Assembly (NCBI GenBank): GCA_032117075.1 | Contig: JAUMAA010000001.1 | Location: 13,597 to 77,596, forward strand | Direction of reading: 5' to 3' | Source of the DNA: Patescibacteria group bacterium | GTDB lineage: Bacteria; Patescibacteriota; WWE3; UBA101185; UBA10185 | Length of the DNA: 64,000 bases | Part shown: piece by piece, positions 37,381 to 47,375 of the stretch | Layout: every line of letters begins with the position of its first letter | How positions within the stretch are numbered: position 1 is the first letter of the stretch | Made by a program: the position numbers and the translations under genes | The notes under the pieces: generated by a model | Databases searched by the model: none | What the model saw: the letters and a program-made list of their open reading frames with translations, nothing else | What the model was told of the DNA's origin: nothing

Positions 37381-39967
37381 ACTCCATTTCAAAACCTGTT
37401 TCTTTAATTAATCTATCTTTTTGTTCTTTTCCTAAATCCTTTTCAATAAGCTTTAAGAGTCTAGAAAAATTATTATAGTAAATTGTTTTTTTAATCTCAT
37501 CACTAAAATCTTTTCTAGTCAAAAATAATAAATTTTTATTTTGGAGAATATCCTCATAAAGTTGCATTCTTTTTTCTGGAAATTCTTGCCAAATTCTCTC
37601 AATTGAAAACATACTGGAATAAAAAGTTTCTTTATCGCTTTTTTTAATTTCTAGGATTAGAGGAGTTAGCTTTGGGTCATCTTTATCGTATTTTTGAAGA
37701 AGATTTGAATTGATACTTATGATTTGTTCATTTGAATCAGTATTTGATTTAATTATTTCTAGAATTTTTATTGTTGCATTTTTTCTTTCTGCATCATCTA
37801 AATTTAGATCGTAAATCATTAACCCAATTTTTTCTAATATATATTTCAAAACGAAATCCTTTGAAGATTTATCAATTTGGTCATTTTTAAAAAATTCATC
37901 TAATTGATTGTTCTTAAATAAATTAAAAAAAATGCTTTTAATTATCTGACTATCTGGGTATTCAATTTTTTCTTTTTCAAAAGGTTTTCTTTTATCTATG
38001 AATTCATTAAAATCTTTAATACACGACTCTAGGTCTGGCGATAGTTTTAAATAGTTTTCAAAATTAAAATAAGTTATGGCAATAGGATTGAATTCATTCC
38101 AAAATTTTTCATCCTTTTCTTTTGCAAAATTTATTACTCTGTAAACTTGGGCAATATCCATTTCAGTTTTAAGTAATCCCTTTATTAAGGCTTCGGTTGT
38201 ATACCTATGAAATTTAGCATTTTTAAGAAACTCGGTTACCTGAACTTCTAAATCTGGGTCTTTAGAATAAGTTGACAAAATTAGTTCGTCATCAAAAAAA
38301 TTAAAATCATCATAATAAATCCTATCTTCTGTTTTTAATTTATTTATAAATTTTAAATTTTCTTTGATAATTTTTTCAAGCATTTGCGGGTTTTTTGTTT
38401 TAATGTAATTTAAAACTTCAGCAAGGTGTAAATTCCCTACCGAAAGTATTGTTTCGGGGGATAACTTTCCCTTTTCAAATAATTTCAATATGTTTTCAAT
38501 TGTTTCATTTTTTAATCCAAAAAAATCTGCCCTTTCAATTTGAAATTCGCATTTAAAGTTATTTACAAATCTCTTTAACTCATCACTTTTAAACTCTTCT
38601 GATGCATTACTAAAAACCATTGAGGGAATTGGATATTCGTTACTTGTAACATCTCCTGTTAAATGGCTTTGATAGTCAGGGTTACGATTTGCAAGATAGT
38701 ATGTTAATTTTCCATCCAATCCTTTTCTTCTAATTATTCTCTTTTGTATATCTTCTTCTAAGTTTTGAATTCCCCGTTCTAAAAGTTTCTGATCCAAAGG
38801 TTCTGCTTCCAAAATATAAAATCTATTAGCCTCATCTGGGATTTTTGAAGCAAAATTTCCGTCGTTAATAGCTATTTTTCCAGAAGGTAGTTTTATATCG
38901 ATAAAGGTGTGCCCAGGTACTAATATCCTGCTGTATTCAAGCCCGAAAAATTCACATAAAGCTGCAAATGATTCTACCTTACCAGCACAAATTGCTTTTT
39001 CATTTGCTAGTACATATTTTAATGCTGAGGTTTGAATAGAGGGTATGCTTTCATCGTGCGGAAACAAAGTAGTTATTTTGTTTCCGCAAATGATTAAAAT
39101 GTCTTTAACTTTCTGGTCTTGCTCTGAAAGTTTGATTTTTTTGACCTCAGGATCAAGGGAACTAGTTTTTATTTTTTCAACTTCGGCTATAACATTCTGG
39201 ATAATTTTTTTTGCTTCTAAAAAATTTATTTCTGGAGAGACTATTCTTTCACCTCTTTGATTAACTTGTTCGACTGGTGATTCAAGTTTTTTCATTAAAT
39301 TAAGAATGTTAATAAAATTTGCTGTTTCAAAATAATCTTTAATTAATTCTGTTCCAAATTTTTCACCTCTTTCTGGTTTCAGATATCTTTCTAAGTGCTT
39401 TAAAGCTTTAGGATTTTGTACTAATTTTTTAAATCTATCTTGGTAACTATCTTTTTGTGTTTCAGTTTGTTTGGATGATAGTTGTTCAATTTTTTCTAAA
39501 ATACTTGCTTTAAATTTATCTCTATCTTCCCCAACTAAGGTTTGATCTACAATCTCATTAATAGTTTCTTCCCAAGAATTAATTTGAGTGATTATTTCTT
39601 CATTTGCACTTCCTTCAGAAAGTATTTGTTTAAAAACATGAATTCTGCTTAGAATTTCAGAAAACTTTTGTAGTGTTTTAGATTTTTCTCCTAATAAAGA
39701 ATAAACTAATTCGTGACTAGTTGATGTAGCCGATTCTTTTTCAAGCCCCGCTCTAATGTCTTGTGTTATTTTTGCTAATCCAATTATTCTTGGAATTCTA
39801 ACACTTGTAGAAACCTCCTGTATTTCTGCAACTTCTTCGTCCCCACCCTTAATTTCAATAGAAAGTTTACTTGCTTCCTCAGTTCCTGCAAGAATTTCAG
39901 TAGCTTTAGTGACTCCTTCTACATTTATCGATTCTTCAATTCTTTTGGAAATTTCTATACCCATCAT
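37370..39967 (-). CDS. large orphan protein with a central transglutaminase-like Cys-His-Asp domain
   Basis: AICAGK..FAALC..FGL.....VPGHTF..I......INDG spacing; helical flanks. Confidence 0.6.
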   Translation of the reverse strand: MMGIEISKRIEESINVEGVTKATEILAGTEEASKLSIEIKGGDEEVAEIQEVSTSVRIPRIIGLAKITQDIRAGLEKESATSTSHELVYSLLGEKSKTLQKFSEILSRIHVFKQILSEGSANEEIITQINSWEETINEIVDQTLVGEDRDKFKASILEKIEQLSSKQTETQKDSYQDRFKKLVQNPKALKHLERYLKPERGEKFGTELIKDYFETANFINILNLMKKLESPVEQVNQRGERIVSPEINFLEAKKIIQNVIAEVEKIKTSSLDPEVKKIKLSEQDQKVKDILIICGNKITTLFPHDESIPSIQTSALKYVLANEKAICAGKVESFAALCEFFGLEYSRILVPGHTFIDIKLPSGKIAINDGNFASKIPDEANRFYILEAEPLDQKLLERGIQNLEEDIQKRIIRRKGLDGKLTYYLANRNPDYQSHLTGDVTSNEYPIPSMVFSNASEEFKSDELKRFVNNFKCEFQIERADFFGLKNETIENILKLFEKGKLSPETILSVGNLHLAEVLNYIKTKNPQMLEKIIKENLKFINKLKTEDRIYYDDFNFFDDELILSTYSKDPDLEVQVTEFLKNAKFHRYTTEALIKGLLKTEMDIAQVYRVINFAKEKDEKFWNEFNPIAITYFNFENYLKLSPDLESCIKDFNEFIDKRKPFEKEKIEYPDSQIIKSIFFNLFKNNQLDEFFKNDQIDKSSKDFVLKYILEKIGLMIYDLNLDDAERKNATIKILEIIKSNTDSNEQIISINSNLLQKYDKDDPKLTPLILEIKKSDKETFYSSMFSIERIWQEFPEKRMQLYEDILQNKNLLFLTRKDFSDEIKKTIYYNNFSRLLKLIEKDLGKEQKDRLIKETGFEMESTN

Positions 39968-40005
39968 TTAATAATACCTTATTTAAATTTGGTATTATAT
40001 ACATA

Positions 40006-42186
40006 ATGTCTAAAAGAGGTAGAAAAAAGAAACTAAGACTAAATATTAAACCAGAAACAATTAAATCTGTTTCTGCTGTTTTTTTGATACTATTTGGTTC
40101 GCTATCTCTTTGGTCTTTAATGGCACCTTCATATAAGTTAACGAGTGTCTTCTACAATTACTTAAATTTAGTTTTGGGGATTGGTTCATACATTTTTCCT
40201 ATCGCTCTCATATTTACTGGAATTTTAATGCTTTGGCCTATTGATAAAAAGTTTTTAAATTTGAGAATAACTGTTGCTCTTTATTTATTAATTGTATTAG
40301 TTGCTTCGATAGGTGAATCCCTATCAGTTGGTTTGGGTGGAAAATTAGGTTTTTTTGTTTCAAATTTGTTGTCAGTAAATATAGGTTTTATTGGAAACTT
40401 AATAGTTTTATTTTTATCCTTTTTTGCCGTACTAATATTCTTAACAGATATTCCTACACCAATGATTCAAGCATTTATCTCTAATTTAAATTTAAAGAAA
40501 AAAACTCAATTTGAAGAGACTGCAAATGAATTAGAGGATAATTTGAATGGTGATGAGGAAGATGTTGAAATTGGAGATAATATCTATACCGAAATTCCTT
40601 CTCTGTCGGCACCGGTAGAGGATAATGTAATTGCACCTGTTTCAATTACTAAACCTACTAAAAGTAAATCAAATGTTCAAAATACTTCTCCTTTTGAAAA
40701 AATATCTGACACAATATGGGAGTATCCGCCAATATCCCTTCTTGATGAGCCAGACAAGACCCCTATAGATAGTGGTGATGTGAAGGAAAATAAAAACATC
40801 ATTGAAGATGTATTTAATAGGTTTGATATTAAATGCAAAGTTATTGCTATTCAACCAGGTCCGTCTGTTACACAATACTCTGTAGAGCTTTTAGATATTG
40901 CTAAACTTAATCAGGCAACAAACTTAGGGCCAAATTTAGCAATGGCTCTTAGATCTGTATCTGGAACAGTTAGGCTTCAAGCACCAATACCTGGAACAAA
41001 TTTGATAGGAATTGAAGTTCCAAATAAAAATAGAATTAAGGTAAGTATAAAAACATTATTAAATTCAGACAGAATGAAGAATTCATCTGAAAAATTAAAT
41101 ATTGTCATTGGTTTGGATGTTTCAGGAAAACCAGAAATCTATAATGTAGCTAAAATGCCTCATATGCTTGTAGCAGGAGCGACAGGAACCGGAAAGTCGG
41201 TATTTTTACATACAATCTTATTTTCAATTCTTTTTAGAAATAGCCCATCAGAATGTAAATTAATAATTATCGATCCAAAAGAAGTAGATTTTAGTAGATA
41301 TGAAGGAATCCCTCATTTGATGGCACCGATTATTACTGATTCTAAGGTTGTCCCGAATGTTTTCAAATGGCTTGTAAGCGAAATGGGAAGAAGGTATGGG
41401 TTACTTAGAACAGCAGAGGCAAGTAATATTGAAGAATATAACGAAAAAGCAGGATTTCAAGCAATGCCGAACATCGTTATTCTAGTTGAAGAGTATGCCG
41501 ATATCATGCTTACAGAAGGGGCTTCAGAGATTGAAAGAGGTATTCAGGCATTAGCTCAAAAGGCAAGAGCGGCTGGAATTCATTTGGTTATTGCTACTCA
41601 AAGACCCTCAAGGGATGTTATTAACGGCACCTTAAAGGCAAATATCCCATGTAAAATTTCATTTACAGTAAACAGTCAGATTGATTCAAGAGTAATTTTA
41701 GATCAACCTGGTGCTGAAAAACTACTTGGAAAAGGCGACATGTTGTTTTACCCTCAAGATTATTCAAAGCCTATTAGAATTCAAGCCCCAATGGTTTCAA
41801 AAGATGAGTTAAAACATTTGATAGATTACTTAAAATCTCAAGGTATTGAACCGGAATATAATACTGAGGTTACATCACTTCCTGTCAGGGAACTTCCAGG
41901 GGCTGGTCTTGGGAATGATGAAATTGACGAGTTTTATGATGTTGCAAAGGAATATGTTATAGCTGCACAAAGAGCCTCAGCTTCATTATTGCAAACTAGA
42001 CTATCGATTGGATTCAATAGAGCAACAAGACTATTACAGCAATTAGAGAACAATGGAATTGTTGGTCCTCAAAACGGTGCTAAACCTAGAACAGTGTTAG
42101 TCAAGAATTCAGGAAATGATATGACAGATGCTTTTGAGAAGTCTGAGGATATGGAAGAGGATAACGAAAAAGATTTCGCTGCTTAA
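40006..42186 (+). CDS. ftsK: DNA translocase FtsK/SpoIIIE
   Basis: N-terminal TMs, PHMLVAGATGTGKS, ARAAGIH, ATQRPS, GAEKLLGKGDML, gamma domain. Confidence 0.96.
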   Translation: MSKRGRKKKLRLNIKPETIKSVSAVFLILFGSLSLWSLMAPSYKLTSVFYNYLNLVLGIGSYIFPIALIFTGILMLWPIDKKFLNLRITVALYLLIVLVASIGESLSVGLGGKLGFFVSNLLSVNIGFIGNLIVLFLSFFAVLIFLTDIPTPMIQAFISNLNLKKKTQFEETANELEDNLNGDEEDVEIGDNIYTEIPSLSAPVEDNVIAPVSITKPTKSKSNVQNTSPFEKISDTIWEYPPISLLDEPDKTPIDSGDVKENKNIIEDVFNRFDIKCKVIAIQPGPSVTQYSVELLDIAKLNQATNLGPNLAMALRSVSGTVRLQAPIPGTNLIGIEVPNKNRIKVSIKTLLNSDRMKNSSEKLNIVIGLDVSGKPEIYNVAKMPHMLVAGATGTGKSVFLHTILFSILFRNSPSECKLIIIDPKEVDFSRYEGIPHLMAPIITDSKVVPNVFKWLVSEMGRRYGLLRTAEASNIEEYNEKAGFQAMPNIVILVEEYADIMLTEGASEIERGIQALAQKARAAGIHLVIATQRPSRDVINGTLKANIPCKISFTVNSQIDSRVILDQPGAEKLLGKGDMLFYPQDYSKPIRIQAPMVSKDELKHLIDYLKSQGIEPEYNTEVTSLPVRELPGAGLGNDEIDEFYDVAKEYVIAAQRASASLLQTRLSIGFNRATRLLQQLENNGIVGPQNGAKPRTVLVKNSGNDMTDAFEKSEDMEEDNEKDFAA

Positions 42187-42237
42187 TTCTTTAAATTATT
42201 AATATTAAAGGTTTTATTTTTCTATTTATTTAATAGA

Positions 42238-42990
42238 ATGTTAAGCATGGGTTCAAAAATAGGCGAAATTCTTAAAAATAGAAGAGAAGACATAGGTTTG
42301 GATTATGGCATTTGTTCGTCTCAACTTAAAATTCAAAGAAAATATCTAGAGGGCATAGAAAACACTGATTACAGTATGTTTGATAATAGTTATCAGGCAT
42401 TAGGTTTTATTCAAAACTATATTGAATTTTTAGGTTTGAATCCCGTTACTTTAATACCGAGATGGAGAAAAGAGGTATTAGATTTTTTTAAAAACGAGGA
42501 TACCTTTAAAGATGTGTACTTTAAACCTAAGAAAAAAAGAAAAGTAAGTATTATTTTAACAGCCGATAAAATCATAAATTCAGCATTAATATTTCTTTTT
42601 CTAATATTTTTAACTTATATTTTTTATACCTACCAACAAACTACTTCAGCACCTATGCTTGAGATTACTAGTCCCGAAAATAATCAAATTACTGAAGCAG
42701 ATATTATTGATATTTTCGGTAAAACAGATAAGGATGCAGAGTTAAAATTAAACAATGATAAAATTACAATTCATACCGACGGAAACTTTTCTACAAGTAT
42801 TAAATTAGCAGAAGGTATAAATACCTTTAAATTTACAAGTATTAATCCTTATAAAAGAGAGACCGTTAAGATTTTAACAATTATATATAGACCAAAGAAA
42901 ATAGAAATATATAATCCTCCAATTGAATCCCCAGAAATTAAAACAGAGCCCTCGACAAGTGTCTCAAAACCTGGAATTAAAACCAATTAG
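42238..42990 (+). CDS. RodZ-like HTH-TM protein with extracellular Ig-like domain
   Basis: IGEILK..RE...YLEGIE...GFIQNY..FLGL, TM, P.LEITSP...GKT...G.F...L.EG.N. Confidence 0.75.
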   Translation: MLSMGSKIGEILKNRREDIGLDYGICSSQLKIQRKYLEGIENTDYSMFDNSYQALGFIQNYIEFLGLNPVTLIPRWRKEVLDFFKNEDTFKDVYFKPKKKRKVSIILTADKIINSALIFLFLIFLTYIFYTYQQTTSAPMLEITSPENNQITEADIIDIFGKTDKDAELKLNNDKITIHTDGNFSTSIKLAEGINTFKFTSINPYKRETVKILTIIYRPKKIEIYNPPIESPEIKTEPSTSVSKPGIKTN

Positions 42991-43005
42991 TTTCTTGGAT
43001 TTATT

Positions 43006-43668
43006 CTAGAAAATTTTTTTTACTTCATCGAAAATAGTTTCATGGTTTAAGATATGGTAATCACTGCTTGAAATTTGTTTATAAAGAACTGTAGTAGGAT
43101 TGATAACAAATTTATTTTGGGCTAATTCCAAAAGTGGTAAGTCTGATTCAGAATCTCCAAATACAGAAAAAGGTTTAATGCCTGTAAATTTTGAATTTTC
43201 AAGAAGATAGTATTTATTAAATACAAGTTCTGGTTTATCAAGATATTCACCATTATTTAAAAATTTATTGGCTAAATAATTTTCAATTCTTAAAAAACTT
43301 GCTATCTCTTTTACAATAAAATCAGGTTCAAGTGAGACAAGTAAATATTCATATTCAGGGTAGTTGTTTATAGTTTTAAAAACATAATCGTAAAATTTAT
43401 GATGATTTTTAAACAAGCATTCCTTAAATTCATTTTTAATAATATCAGGTTGTATATTTTTTACTTCTTCGAAAAAATAGTTTAAGCAATCTCTTACTAA
43501 TTCATCATATGATTCAAATCCAGTTTGATAGGTTACGAATTCAAAACCTAAGGATGACAGAATTTTAGGTGAGATAAGATTTTTTTGGACTAAATGAAGG
43601 GAGAAATCTAAAAAAACACTTCCGTCGTAAATCGTTCTATCAATATCAAAAATTACTAATTTCTTCAT
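43006..43668 (-). CDS. HAD-family hydrolase (IB-like)
   Basis: FDIDRTI, GDSESDLPLL, INP. Confidence 0.85.
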   Translation of the reverse strand: MKKLVIFDIDRTIYDGSVFLDFSLHLVQKNLISPKILSSLGFEFVTYQTGFESYDELVRDCLNYFFEEVKNIQPDIIKNEFKECLFKNHHKFYDYVFKTINNYPEYEYLLVSLEPDFIVKEIASFLRIENYLANKFLNNGEYLDKPELVFNKYYLLENSKFTGIKPFSVFGDSESDLPLLELAQNKFVINPTTVLYKQISSSDYHILNHETIFDEVKKIF

Positions 43669-43697
43669 AAAATGATATTAACATTTTGAAATAATGT

Positions 43698-43769
43698 TTG
43701 ACACTTAACATAGATGGTGGTTTAATAAATATATATACCTGCCCAAGTATTTTCTCCGGCAGGAGAAAA
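43698..43769 (+). promoter_or_regulatory. promoter and structured 5' UTR of ytxG/ytxH-like genes
   Basis: TTGACA-N17-TTTAAT; TTTTCTCC-GGCA-GGAGAAAA hairpin covers the SD. Confidence 0.6.
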
Positions 43770-43771
43770 AT

Positions 43772-44020
43772 ATGGATTTTAATTTAGTTTTAATTTTAAT
43801 ATTATCTGTGATTACAATTAATATGCTTGTAGTTGGTTTTTATATTGTAGTAACTTTAAAAGATTTTAGAGAAACTTTAAAAAAAATGAATGTTGTTTTA
43901 GATGATACAGGTAAAATTGTTCATAATGTAGCCAATCCTTTAAATATGGTTGGTGGTTTTTTATCTACAATTTTAGATGCTTTTCATAAAACAAAATCAG
44001 TTACTTCTTTAAGAGATTAA
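43772..44020 (+). CDS. DUF948/YtxG-like membrane protein
   Basis: TM then coiled coil; upstream of YtxH-like gene. Confidence 0.6.
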   Translation: MDFNLVLILILSVITINMLVVGFYIVVTLKDFRETLKKMNVVLDDTGKIVHNVANPLNMVGGFLSTILDAFHKTKSVTSLRD

Positions 44021-44022
44021 AT

Positions 44023-44406
44023 ATGAATGGAAATAATCAAAATAATAACCAAGCTTGTCCAACATGTCAGAGCACTTCTAATGCTTTTGTAACTGGTGCG
44101 GCAGTAGGAGCTGCTCTAGGTGTTGCTATTGCCTTACTCTTTTCTCCGGGAAATGGAGAACAAAATAGAAAAACATTTATGAAGGCTGCTAATAATACCC
44201 GAAAGTATTTAGGTGAAAAGATTGAGGAAGCAGAAGAAGCACTTGAGGACTTTAAAGAAGACACTACAGAATTTATTCACCAAGTTGAGAAAAAAGCCGC
44301 ACCAATTAGAAGACATACTGCAAAGTATGCCTCAGAAGAACTAGAAAATACCGAAGAAACAGGCAGGGATACTAGAAAGAAATTCTTTAAGGGTGTCAAA
44401 ATTTAG
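44023..44406 (+). CDS. YtxH-domain protein
   Basis: FVTGAAVGAALGVAIALLFSP..GEQNR. Confidence 0.85.
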   Translation: MNGNNQNNNQACPTCQSTSNAFVTGAAVGAALGVAIALLFSPGNGEQNRKTFMKAANNTRKYLGEKIEEAEEALEDFKEDTTEFIHQVEKKAAPIRRHTAKYASEELENTEETGRDTRKKFFKGVKI

Positions 44407-44432
44407 TTCTAGGATGCTATAATACTCCTCTT

Positions 44433-44756
44433 ATGGATATTCAAAATACTATAAATAAAGCTGAAAATATTTCATCTGAAACAAGAATTCCAGTAGTTGA
44501 TAAAACTCTTGAGAATACTCCTTCTGAACTTAAAGTTGTAGAAGTAGTAGAAGATGAGTCAAAAAGACTTGGTCTTAAAGCTGAGGAAGAAATGTTGGCC
44601 TCTATGGATGAGAGTATTTCTAACACAGCAGTAAGAACCATCTCAAATCCAGCTGTTACAGAAAAAGGTTTTATTAAAACAGAAGAAGGTGCCGCAAGAG
44701 TTGAAAACCCTACAAGAGAGTTTGCCGATCAGTTATTAAGACAAATTTCAAAATAG
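44433..44756 (+). CDS. hypothetical acidic protein
   Basis: 107-aa ORF with its own TGcTATAAT. Confidence 0.65.
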   Translation: MDIQNTINKAENISSETRIPVVDKTLENTPSELKVVEVVEDESKRLGLKAEEEMLASMDESISNTAVRTISNPAVTEKGFIKTEEGAARVENPTREFADQLLRQISK

Positions 44757-44840
44757 TTTTTTTTCCAAAATAGTTTTTTCAAGAATAATCATCGCATTTA
44801 ATTTAGTGATAATTATATTTTTTGTTGATATTATATAAAT

Positions 44841-47357
44841 ATGATTACGCTCCAATCTATAGATCAGTCTTTTTTTCTACTTATTATTTTAGTATTAATC
44901 CTTTTTTCTCCTTTTTTAACTGTCTTCTTTTATAACTTAACTTTATTCTTATATAGAAAATTTTTTTATTCTTCATTAAGTCCTAAAATGGTCCAGATGT
45001 TTGTCAAAATTTCTGGAAGTGATGAAACTCCCTTTAAAAATTTAGAGAACTTTTTTAGTGGGGTTCATGGTATTAAACAAACTTTCTTTGAGAATTTGTT
45101 TAAAGTACAAAATAGATTTTCATTTGAAATTGTCGGAAAGAAGGAGGGGATCTTTTTTTACATTGTTGCTCCAGAAAAGTATGCTCCCAATATCGAGAAG
45201 CAGGTTTATGGGACATATAAAGAATCTGAAATTGAGTATGTTCCTGTTTCTCACCCTTTCGATAGAGGGACATACAATTTAGCCTATGAATTAAAACAAG
45301 AAAATAATATTTTTACTCCTATTAAATTGTTTGAAGATAAGCAGGAGCCTTTAACAAATATTTTATCTACATTTTCAAAGCTTGGTCCTAACGAAGTTAT
45401 GATGTACCAGTTAGTAGTTACACCAGCCTCTAATTCCTGGATAAAATCTGTTAAAAGAATTTTAACAGCAAAGTCTGGTGGAGGAGATAAATCTTCTCCA
45501 GTGCTAGATCCTGGGCATAAAGAAGGTTTAGAAAATAAAATTAAATTTCCAGGTTTTTATTCTGCTATTAGATTGATATCAATAAGTGATGACCAATTTA
45601 GAGCCCAAGTTAATTTAGATAATACCCTTTCTGCCTTCAATCAATTTAACGATCCAAAAAATAATAATCTTATCAAGAGAATTTTTACCAGCAACTCCGG
45701 TATTATCAGAAGACTTATTCTACGAGAATTAAATACTTTTGATTTTCATATTCCATTGTTTGAACTTAAATTATACTGCAATAGCATGCTCTTAAATTGT
45801 GCTGAATTATCAAATATTTTTCACTTTGGAAACAAATTACTACCTGTTCCTGGAATTAAAAAAATAGCATTTAAAAAAAATGCAGCACCAGGTAATGTTG
45901 CTAATGAAGGTATTCTAATGGGAATAAACAAGTATAGGGATATCACTACCCATATAAGAATTACCGACCAAGATAGATTAAGACATACTTATATACTTGG
46001 TCAAACAGGTACAGGTAAATCTGTGTTTTTATTCTCACAGGCACTTCAAGATATTTATAGAGGGGAAGGTGTTTGTATTTTAGATCCTCACGGTAAAGAT
46101 ATAGAGGAATTACTAGGAAAAATTCCACCAGAGAGGGAAAAGGATGTAATTTATTTTAGAGCTTCTGATGTGGAAAGACCTTTTGGTTTTAATGTACTTG
46201 AGGCAGAAAATGAGTATCAAAAAAACACAATTATTAATTACTTTATTGAACTTTTAAATAAAATGTATGATCCAAATAATCAAGGTATTACAGGACCCCA
46301 ATTCCAACAAGCTGTTAGATCATCTATGGCTACCTGTATGGTTGATCCCGAAGCAACCTTGATAGATGTCGTCGAGTTGATTAGAGATCCTGAAAAAGCT
46401 GAAAAATATTTACCAAAAGTTACCGATCCAGATGTTATTTCTTACTGGAGAAATCAGATTGCAAATACCACTGCTCAAACAAGATCTGAAACTTTAGGTT
46501 ACTTTACTTCTAAATTTACTAAATTTACATCAGATACCTTTATGAGAAACATTATTGCTCAACCAAAGTCATCAATTAATATTCCAAAAATCATGGATGA
46601 AAAAAAGATTCTTTTAATTAATTTAGATAAAGGAGACCCAAAAATTGGAGAAGAGAATGCGAAATTTTTGGGTCTCTTACTAGTGCCTCAAGTTATGTAT
46701 GCAGCTCTTGCTAGGTCAGAAAAAATTGTAAAAGGAGAGCAGTTTCCTCCATTTTATTTGTATGTAGATGAGTTTCAAAATTTTGCTACTGAGTCTTTTG
46801 CAACTATCCTTTCAGAAGCAAGAAAATTTAAACTTGGACTAACAGTTGCAAATCAGTACATTGCACAACTTCCTGATACAATAAAAAACGCAGTCTTCGG
46901 AAATGTCGGAACTTCAGTCTTTTTTAGAGTAGGTCCCGAGGATGCAACTTTTTGCCATAAAGCTTTTGGCGGTGAGAAAGATTCACCTTTTTCCGAAGGA
47001 GATATATTTTCTTTAGAGTTAGGTAATTGTTATGTAAAACTTTTGGTTAACGGGCAGCCTACTAAACCTTTTCATATGAAGGTTGAATATAGTTTAGTCA
47101 TGCCGTTTAAAGAAGATAAAGTAGTTGCAGCAAGGATAAAAGAACATTCAAGAATGACATACGGAAAATCAGTTGCTGAGGTAAATGAGATGATTAACAA
47201 AAGGTTTAATGAGTTTTATGCAAAAGAAGAAAAAAGTTCCTCAGAGACAGTGCCCTCTAATCCTAAATTACCAAATATCCCAGGTTTTCCGACTCCTCCT
47301 GGAGGTCCAAAATCCCTCTCTGATGATTTTGATGATGATTTCTTTGCAGATTTATAA
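44841..47357 (+). CDS. VirD4/TraG-like (HerA/FtsK superfamily) membrane ATPase
   Basis: N-terminal TM; RHTYILGQTGTGKS, DPHG, LYVDEFQNF, SEARKF.L....NQY..QL, FGNVGT. Confidence 0.85.
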   Translation: MITLQSIDQSFFLLIILVLILFSPFLTVFFYNLTLFLYRKFFYSSLSPKMVQMFVKISGSDETPFKNLENFFSGVHGIKQTFFENLFKVQNRFSFEIVGKKEGIFFYIVAPEKYAPNIEKQVYGTYKESEIEYVPVSHPFDRGTYNLAYELKQENNIFTPIKLFEDKQEPLTNILSTFSKLGPNEVMMYQLVVTPASNSWIKSVKRILTAKSGGGDKSSPVLDPGHKEGLENKIKFPGFYSAIRLISISDDQFRAQVNLDNTLSAFNQFNDPKNNNLIKRIFTSNSGIIRRLILRELNTFDFHIPLFELKLYCNSMLLNCAELSNIFHFGNKLLPVPGIKKIAFKKNAAPGNVANEGILMGINKYRDITTHIRITDQDRLRHTYILGQTGTGKSVFLFSQALQDIYRGEGVCILDPHGKDIEELLGKIPPEREKDVIYFRASDVERPFGFNVLEAENEYQKNTIINYFIELLNKMYDPNNQGITGPQFQQAVRSSMATCMVDPEATLIDVVELIRDPEKAEKYLPKVTDPDVISYWRNQIANTTAQTRSETLGYFTSKFTKFTSDTFMRNIIAQPKSSINIPKIMDEKKILLINLDKGDPKIGEENAKFLGLLLVPQVMYAALARSEKIVKGEQFPPFYLYVDEFQNFATESFATILSEARKFKLGLTVANQYIAQLPDTIKNAVFGNVGTSVFFRVGPEDATFCHKAFGGEKDSPFSEGDIFSLELGNCYVKLLVNGQPTKPFHMKVEYSLVMPFKEDKVVAARIKEHSRMTYGKSVAEVNEMINKRFNEFYAKEEKSSSETVPSNPKLPNIPGFPTPPGGPKSLSDDFDDDFFADL

Positions 47358-47375
47358 CTTTGATATAATAAACAT

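Noticed and set aside
41476-41505. Inactive FtsK because Walker B reads VEEYAD
   Set aside because: Conservative D-to-E change with all other motifs intact; insufficient evidence.
44841-47357. Conjugative element/ICE
   Set aside because: No relaxase, VirB4, integrase or att repeats visible.
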